Shown: positions 57,201-64,000 of the stretch, one piece after another | How positions within the stretch are numbered: position 1 is the stretch's first letter | Layout of the letters: each line of letters opens with the position of its first letter | Source: Auanema rhodensis | Taxonomy: Eukaryota > Animalia > Nematoda | Assembly: GCA_964057225.1 (NCBI GenBank) | Contig: OZ059894.1 | Coordinates: 5,456,001 to 5,520,000 of the forward strand | Reading direction: 5' to 3' | Length of the DNA: 64,000 nt | Program-made: the position numbers and the translations under genes | The notes under the pieces: generated by a model | Told to the model about the DNA's origin: nothing | The model's database searches: none | The model's input: only the letters and a program-made list of their open reading frames with translations

Positions 57201-60200
57201 CATCATTTTTCAAACGATCATAACTAATTTTTGTATTCAGCGTTTCTCAATGTCACATAGTGTATTCGATGCGGATTTTTAAGCTGCGTCGATCTGTGTT
57301 ATCAGATTTGCGCTAGCTTAAAAATGCACCGAGATATCAACTGATATAGGTTCACACTTATATCTTCGATTTTCACCCTGAAGAATTAATTTTTTCGTTG
57401 AATAACATTGTCCATCGTCTTCGCCTTGAAAAAAAAATCTAAAAACATCTACTTTTGGGAAATTATTTTGAAATTTTTCAGGAAAATTTTTGTCAAAAAG
57501 TTTTTGGAAGCAATTTTGAGTGTACATGGTAACTCAACATACACTAATGCATCATTTTTCAAACGATCATAACTAATTTTTGTATTCAGCGTTTCTCAAT
57601 GTCACATAGTGTATTCGATGCGGAATTTTAAGCTGCGTCGATTTGTGTTATCAGATTTGCGCTAACTTAAGAATGCACCGAGATATCAACTGATATAAGT
57701 TCACACATATATCCTCGATTTTCACCCTGAAGAATTAATTTTTTCGTTGAACAACATTGTCCATCGTCTTCGCCTTGAAAAAAGGAATCTAAAAACATCT
57801 ACTTTTTGTAAAATTATTTTGAACTTTTCGGGAAAATTTTTGTCAAAATGTTTTTGGAAGCAATTTTGAGTGTACATGGAAACTCAACATACACTAATGC
57901 ATCATTTTTCAAACGATCATAACTAATTTTTGTATTCAGCGTTTCTCAATGTCACATAATGTATTCGATGCGGATTTTTAAGCTGCGTCGATCTGTGTGA
58001 TCAGATTTGCGCTAGCTTAAAAATGCACCGAGATATCAACTGATATAGGTTCACACTTATATCCTCGATTTTCACCCTGAGCAATTAATTTTTTCGTTGA
58101 ATAACATTGTCCATCGTCTTCGCCTTGAAAAAAAAATCTAAAAACATCTACTTTTTGTGAAATTATCTGGAAATTTTTCGGGAAAATTTTTGTCAAAAAG
58201 TTTTTGGAAGCAATTTCGAGTGTACATGGAAACTCAACATACACTAATGCATTATTTTTCAAACGATCATAACTAATTTTTGTATTCAGCGTTTCTCAAT
58301 GTATTATAGTGTATTCGATGAGGATTTTTAAGCTGCGTCGATCTGTGTTATCAGATTTGCGCTAGCTTACAAATGCACCGAGATATCAACTGATATAGGT
58401 TCACACTTATATCTTCGATTTTCACCCTGAAGAATTAATTTTTTCGTTGAATAACATTGTCCATCGTCTTCGCCTCGAAAAAAAAATCTAAAAACATCTA
58501 CTTTTTGTGAAATTATTCTGAAATTTTTCGTTAAAATTTTTGTCAAAATGTTTTTGGAAGCAATTTTGAGTGTACATGGAAACTCAACATACACTAATGC
58601 ATCATTTTTCAAACGATCATAACTAATTTTTGTATTCAGCGTTTCTCAATGTCAGATAGTGTATTCGATGCGGATTTTTAAGCTGCGTCGATCTGTGTTA
58701 TCAGATTTGCGCTCACTTAAAAATGCACCGAGATATCAACTGATATAGGTTCACACTTATATCTTCGATTTTCACCCTGCAAAATTAATTTTTTCGTTGA
58801 ATAACATTGTCCATCGTCTTTGCCTTGAAAAAAGGAATCTAAAAACATCTACTTTTTGTAAAATTATTTTGAACTTTTCGGGAAAATTTTTGTCAAAATG
58901 TTTTTGGAAGCAATGTTGAGTGTACATGGAAACTCAACATACACTAATGCATCATTTTTCAAACGATCATAACTAATTTTTGTATTAAGCGTTTCTCAAT
59001 GTCACATAGTGTATTCGATGCGGATTTTTAAGCTGCGTCGATCTGTGTTATCAGATTTGCGCTAACTTAAAAATGCACCGAGATATCAACTGATATAGGT
59101 TCACACTTATATCTTCGATTTTCACCCTGAAGAATTAATTTTTTCGTTGAATAACATTGTCCATCGTCTTCGCCTCGAAAAAAAAATCTAAAAACATCTA
59201 CTTTTTGTGAAATTATTCTGAAATTTTTCGTTAAAATTTTTGTCAAAATGTTTTTGGAAGCAATTTTGAGTGTAATGGAAACTCAACATACACTAATGCA
59301 TCATTTTTCAAACAATCATAACTAATTTTTGTATTCAGCGTTTCTCAATGTATTATAGTGTATTCGATGAGGATTTTTAAGCTGCGTCGATCTGTGTTAT
59401 CAGATTTGCGCTAGCTTACAAATGCACCGAGATATCAACTGATATAGGTTCACACTTATATCTTCGATTTTCACCCTGAAGAATTAATTTTTTCGTTGAA
59501 TAACATTGTCCATCGTCTTCGCCTCGAAAAAAAAATCTAAAAACATCTACTTTTTGTGAAATTATTCTGAAATTTTTCGTTAAAATTTTTGTCAAAATGT
59601 TTTTGGAAGCAATCTTGAGTGTAATGGAAACTCAACATACACTAATGCATTATTTTTCAAACGATCATAACTAATTTTTGTATTAAGCGTTTCTCAATGT
59701 CACATAGTGTATTCGATGCGGATTTTTAAGCTGCGTCGATCTGTGTTATCAGATTTGCGCTAACTTAAAAATGCACCGAGATATCAACTGATATAGGTTC
59801 ACACTTATATCTTCGATTTTCACCCTGAAGAATTAATTTTTTCGTTGAATAACATTGTCCATCGTCTTCGCCTCGAAAAAAAAATCTAAAAACATCTACT
59901 TTTTGTGAAATTATTCTGAAATTTTTCGTTAAAATTTTTGTCAAAATGTTTTTGGAAGCAATTTTGAGTGTAATGGAAACTCAACATACACTAATGCATC
60001 ATTTTTCAAACAATCATAACTAATTTTTGTATTCAGCGTTTCTCAATGTATTATAGTGTATTCGATGAGGATTTTTAAGCTGCGTCGATCTGTGTTATCA
60101 GATTTGCGCTAGCTTACAAATGCACCGAGATATCAACTGATATAGGTTCACACTTATATCTTCGATTTTCACCCTGAAGAATTAATTTTTTCGTTGAATA

Positions 60201-62027
60201 ACATTGTCCATCGTCTTCGCCTCGAAAAAAAAATCTAAAAACATCTACTTTTTGTGAAATTATTCTGAAATTTTTCGTTAAAATTTTTGTCAAAATGTTT
60301 TTGGAAGCAATCTTGAGTGTAATGGAAACTCAACATACACTAATGCATTATTTTTCAAACGATCATAACTAATTTTTGTATTAAGCGTTTCTCAATGTCA
60401 CATAGTGTATTCGATGCGGATTTTTAAGCTGCGTCGATCTGTGTTATCAGATTTGCGCTAACTTAAAAATGCACCGAGATATCAACTGATATAGGTTCAC
60501 ACTTATATCTTCGATTTTCACCCTGAAGAATTAATTTTTTCGTTGAATAACATTGTCCATCGTCTTCGCCTCGAAAAAAAAATCTAAAAACATCTACTTT
60601 TTGTGAAATTATTCTGAAATTTTTCGTTAAAATTTTTGTCAAAATGTTTTTGGAAGCAATCTTGAGTGTAATGGAAACTCAACATACACTAATGCATTAT
60701 TTTTCAAACGATCATAACTAATTTTTGTATTAAGCGTTTCTCAATGTCACATAGTGTATTCGATGCGGATTTTTAAGCTGCGTCGATCTGTGTTATCAGA
60801 TTTGCGCTAACTTAAAAATGCACCGAGATATCAACTGATATAGGTTCACACTTATATCTTCGATTTTCACCCTGAAGAATTAATTTTTTCGTTGAATAAC
60901 ATTGTCCATCGTCTTCGCCTCGAAAAAAAAATCTAAAAACATCTACTTTTTGTGAAATTATTCTGAAATTTTTCGTTAAAATTTTTGTCAAAATGTTTTT
61001 GGAAGCAATTTTGAGTGTAATGGAAACTCAACATACACTAATGCATCATTTTTCAAACAATCATAACTAATTTTTGTATTCAGCGTTTCTCAATGTATTA
61101 TAGTGTATTCGATGAGGATTTTTAAGCTGCGTCGATCTGTGTTATCAGATTTGCGCTAGCTTACAAATGCACCGAGATATCAACTGATATAGGTTCACAC
61201 TTATATCTTCGATTTTCACCCTGAAGAATTAATTTTTTCGTTGAATAACATTGTCCATCGTCTTCGCCTCGAAAAAAAAATCTAAAAACATCTACTTTTT
61301 GTGAAATTATTCTGAAATTTTTCGTTAAAATTTTTGTCAAAATGTTTTTGGAAGCAATCTTGAGTGTAATGGAAACTCAACATACACTAATGCATTATTT
61401 TTCAAACGATCATAACTAATTTTTGTATTCAGCGTTTCTCAATGTATTATAGTGTATTCGATGAGGATTTTTAAGCTGCGTCGATCTGTGTTATCAGATT
61501 TGCGCTAGCTTACAAATGCACCGAGATATCAACTGATATAAGTTCACACTTATATCTTCGATTTTCAGCCTGAAGAATCAATTTTTTTCGTTGAATAACA
61601 TTGTCCATCGTCTTCGCCTTGAAAAAAAAATCTAAAAACATCTACTTTTTGTGAAATTATCTGGAAATTTTTCGGGAAAATTTTTGTCAAAAAGTTTTTG
61701 GAAGCAATTTTGAGTGTACATGGAAACTCAACATACACTTATGCATCATTTTTCAAACGATCATAACTAATTTTTGTATTCAGCGTTTCTCAATGTCACA
61801 TAGTGTATTCGATGCGGATTTTTAAGCTGCGTCGATCTGTGTTATCAGATTTGCGCTGGCTTACAAATGCACCGAGATATCAACTGATATAGGTTCACAC
61901 TTATATCTTCGATTTTCACCCTGAAGAATTAATTTTTTCGTTGAATAACATTGTCCATCGTCTTCGCCTCGAAAAAAAAATCTAAAACATCTACTTTTTG
62001 TGAAATTATTTTGAAATTTTTCGGGAA

Positions 62028-62457
62028 AATTATTCTATTTTACTAGTCTACGACGTTAAATAAGAATTATATTTATTCGAAATGCTTTATTTCGTAATAG
62101 GTCCTCACATAAAACAAACAAAAAAAATTCAAATTATCTCTCAGGTTCCCTTTCCCACGTTTCTTTGGGCGGGAAACAGTGAGAGTAAGCGATCGTCCTT
62201 ATTCATTTCAGGTGTCCAAAAAAGGAAGAATAGAAAGGCAGCATAACAATAACAAAATAAAAGAACAATAGTAACAGAAGGAAAGGAAAGGCTGCGGATA
62301 GCAGGCAGCATGCTAATCTATCTCTTGCGGTCGTAGTTGGTGCGTTGTGCAGGCTTGAATCTGGAAAGTTATGATAAAGACATCGAAAGTGGGCGAGCTC
62401 GAGTGGAAGTCCTCAGGTTGGTTAGCGGGAGCGCAGTAGGGGTGGAGGTGGGAGATA
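62028..62457 (-). repeat. Right inverted terminal repeat region with 3' extension (rE ~62028-62064); inner boundary not determinable
   Basis: Non-coding stretch between the ICR and the satellite junction. The outer end is defined by ICR complementarity. The left ITR is outside the window, so ITR length cannot be confirmed. Confidence 0.75.
62072..62091 (-). promoter_or_regulatory. Possible polyadenylation signals of the element transcript
   Basis: TTTATT on + (AATAAA on -) at 62072-62077 and 62086-62091, near the element 3' end. The context is AT-rich, so chance occurrence is likely. Confidence 0.25.
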
Positions 62458-62530
62458 TTCGAATAAATATAATTCTTATTTAACGTCGTAGACTAGTAAA
62501 ATAGAATAATTATATTTATTCGAAATGCTT
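62458..62530 (-). repeat. Internal complementary region (ICR) of the DIRS element, bipartite
   Basis: 62458-62511 is the exact reverse complement of 62028-62081 (54/54). 62508-62530 (AATTATATTTATTCGAAATGCTT) is an exact direct copy of 62065-62087 (23/23), i.e. complementary to the expected start of the left ITR. The two halves overlap by AATT (62508-62511). It lies 2 bp past the YR stop. Confidence 0.93.
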
Positions 62531-62532
62531 CT

Positions 62533-63801
62533 TCAAAAAAGAATCTTGGACTGGAACGAGGTTCTTCGCTCATAGTGGGTGAAGAAGGTTTTTTCTGAAG
62601 CCCAGTTAGCCGCCTTGAGGATGTCGCCTATAGGTAGACCTTGCGCTAGTGCCTTCGAGGTCACAGCCGAGCGTGTTGAGTGAGCTTTGAAGGTAGTGGG
62701 TATGCCCGCGCTGTGCAGGGTCTTTCTAATCCAACCAGAAATGGTGGTGGGTTCCACTGCTGCTCCATTCTTTCTGTTAAGAAAGAGGCATCTGGTTCGG
62801 CGGAGTTCCATGGTTCGAGATAGGTATTCATTTATGCAGTTAATAGGGCACAGGTTATTGCGTGTGGGGAAGTTCTCGAACTTCGCTTCATGCGGGGGTC
62901 CCTTAGATCTGTTTTTATTGCGTTTATTTATGAAGAAAGTTAACCCTTCTGCGTCGATACGCATGTGATCTAGGGAGAAAACGGCCAATTCGCTCACCCT
63001 CTTTGGAGAGCATAGGGCCAATAGAGTGGCTAGCTTGTGAGTGAGAGACTCTAGGCTGAGTTGGACGTTGGGGCCCAGCCTATCAAGGAAGTCCAAGACT
63101 TCGGAGGGGTCCCAGGTGTCTACGTACCTAGCCCCTGAAGGCTTCTCTCTGAACAAACCCCTCATGAGGCGGAGGAGCAGCACGTTCTCCTTTAGGGAGG
63201 GGGAGACCCCTAGGTGATCGGCCAATGCGGATATCGCTACCTTGTGTATGCGTACTGTGGAGAAGGCCTTAGTTTGAGCGAGAAATGATAGATAGTTAGC
63301 AACCGTTACTGGGTTGGGAGTAAAAGGTATCTTCTGCTTATTGCAGTAAGCTTTCCAGTTCTTGAGAGCACAGCCGTACTGTTTGCGTGTTCCTGGGGCC
63401 CAGGATTCGTTTAGGAGTCTCTTAGTCTCTGCTGTTACTCCCTCAAAGGAGTTTGTTAAATCTTCCACGCTGCTAATTGGAAATTCGGCGACTGCAGGAG
63501 AGGATGTGGGTTTCCTTCCCGGTCGGACAGCAGGTTCGGGTGTTGGAGCAGCAAGGGAGGCTCCTTGGATCTCTCTTGGAGTAGGGGAAACCACATTTGG
63601 CTCTTCCAGAATGGTGCTATCACTATAGCCGACCTCTGGGAGCTGGCGAGCTTTCCTAAGGTCTTGTGCAGGAGGTGGAAAGGTGGAAATACGTAAAGTA
63701 ATCCGTCTGGCAGCTGCTGCCAATTGAACAAGAGTGCGTTCACTCCTAATGCGGCGCAATCTGGAAAGAAGGAGTAGAAAAGGGCGCATTTGGCGTTCCA
63801 A
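62533..63801 (-). CDS. DIRS tyrosine recombinase (YR; phage-integrase family), apparently intact
   Basis: 422 aa ORF. Core-binding domain start SWAPGTRKQYGCALKNWKAYC; catalytic R in CSPKRVSEL; HxxR in KAHSTRS; W and nucleophile Y in AANWASEKTFFTHY. Frame is open from 63852 (TAG at 63853-63855); listed start is TTG and first ATG is at 63789, so the true start is uncertain. Stop TGA at 62533-62535. Confidence 0.95.
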   Translation of the reverse strand: MERQMRPFLLLLSRLRRIRSERTLVQLAAAARRITLRISTFPPPAQDLRKARQLPEVGYSDSTILEEPNVVSPTPREIQGASLAAPTPEPAVRPGRKPTSSPAVAEFPISSVEDLTNSFEGVTAETKRLLNESWAPGTRKQYGCALKNWKAYCNKQKIPFTPNPVTVANYLSFLAQTKAFSTVRIHKVAISALADHLGVSPSLKENVLLLRLMRGLFREKPSGARYVDTWDPSEVLDFLDRLGPNVQLSLESLTHKLATLLALCSPKRVSELAVFSLDHMRIDAEGLTFFINKRNKNRSKGPPHEAKFENFPTRNNLCPINCINEYLSRTMELRRTRCLFLNRKNGAAVEPTTISGWIRKTLHSAGIPTTFKAHSTRSAVTSKALAQGLPIGDILKAANWASEKTFFTHYERRTSFQSKILF

Positions 63802-63998
63802 GTGGACGCGAACAGGTCTATTTTGGGTTCACCCCATTTGGAAAATATTGATCTAGTGATCTCCGGATGGAGCGACCAGTCTTCCTTCAAAATTCTGCCG
63901 CGGGACAGGCAGTCGGCAGCCGTATTGATTTTTCCCGCTATATGCGATGCTCTGATTCTGAGCTTACGGGTATCGGCAAATTGCCATAACTCCAGTGC
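63456..63998 (-). CDS. 3' end of DIRS pol ORF: RNase H C-terminus followed by Dam-like (N6-adenine) methyltransferase domain; 5'-partial
   Basis: Manual translation upstream of the listed 63890 start is open to the window edge: ALELWQFADTRKLRIRASHIAGKINTAADCLSRGRILKEDW. HIAGxxNxxADxLSR is the retroelement RNase H terminal motif. Then follow W-x-L, IDLFAS, NAL..NW, YVFPPF and APFWKSQMWFP, the DIRS1 MT-domain motifs. Confidence 0.93.
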   Translation of the reverse strand, partial: ALELWQFADTRKLRIRASHIAGKINTAADCLSRGRILKEDWSLHPEITRSIFSKWGEPKIDLFASTWNAKCALFYSFFPDCAALGVNALLFNWQQLPDGLLYVFPPFHLLHKTLGKLASSQRSAIVIAPFWKSQMWFPLLQERSKEPPLLLQHPNLLSDREGNPHPLLQSPNFQLAAWKI

Positions 63999-64000
63999 TA

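Larger units (their letters stand above)
1..62031. repeat. Tandem satellite DNA array, ~350-bp AT-rich monomer, 177 full copies + partial; continues beyond the left edge
   Basis: TGCACCGAGATATCAACTGATATA recurs at 1, 351, 701, 1051, 1400 ... 61517, 61868 in one orientation with no unique spacers. Copies differ by shared substitutions and 1-bp indels in A/T tracts. Similarity stops abruptly after ...TTTTTCGGGAAAATT at 62031. Confidence 0.99.
62028..64000 (-). mobile_element. DIRS1-like tyrosine-recombinase retrotransposon, 3' ~2 kb (truncated by window edge)
   Basis: Minus-strand order RNase H - methyltransferase domain - overlapping tyrosine recombinase ORF - ICR - terminal repeat is the diagnostic DIRS1 architecture. 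The ICR is a perfect reverse complement of the terminus. Confidence 0.96.

Noticed and set aside
344-58612. Tandem multigene family of 61-81 aa peptides (MKNDALVYVEFPCTL...)
   Set aside because: These are the satellite monomer read on the minus strand. The usual start is TTG, not ATG; the ORF is frameshifted or stopped in roughly half the monomers; common variants are largely amino-acid changing; F/K/I/N richness reflects A/T tracts; no recognisable domain. Ribosome profiling would be needed to revive it.
1-62031. CRISPR array or repeat-spacer system
   Set aside because: No unique spacers; the entire 350-bp unit is repeated and there are no cas genes.
1-62031. A single regular higher-order repeat across the array, or a firm centromere call
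   Set aside because: Periods vary locally (2, 3, 9, 11, 13, 20 monomers). Centromere function needs CENH3 data.
62687-63628. Plus-strand ORFs 62687-62968 and 63362-63628
   Set aside because: Antisense shadows of the YR/MT coding sequence with non-ATG starts and no motifs.
62533-63998. Prophage integrase plus Dam methylase (bacterial element)
   Set aside because: The MT domain is fused downstream of a retroelement RNase H motif, overlaps YR, and is followed by an ICR and terminal repeat: DIRS retrotransposon architecture.

Overview
Eukaryotic heterochromatin-type window. Bases 1-62031 are one uninterrupted head-to-tail array of an AT-rich ~350-bp satellite monomer (177 complete copies plus a ~163-bp partial copy; lengths 348-351 bp except two 324-bp deletion copies). 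The array is organised into regional subfamilies, local dimers/trimers and multi-kb segmental duplications. The many 61-81 aa ORFs in the track are by-products of the repeat. At 62028-62031 the last monomer is cut at an AATT and joined to the 3' end of a minus-strand DIRS1-type tyrosine-recombinase retrotransposon. Visible parts: right terminal repeat with 3' extension, a perfect bipartite internal complementary region (ICR), an intact tyrosine recombinase ORF, and an overlapping pol ORF end (RNase H C-terminus plus Dam-like methyltransferase domain) that runs off the window. Most notable: (i) the ICR predicts a circle junction AATT identical to the satellite target AATT; (ii) a 26-bp deletion in two other monomers starts at that same monomer position; (iii) one monomer at ~3.15 kb matches a monomer 44 kb away, suggesting long-range conversion. 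The host organism and whether the array is centromeric cannot be determined from this window. Monomer comparisons were made by eye.
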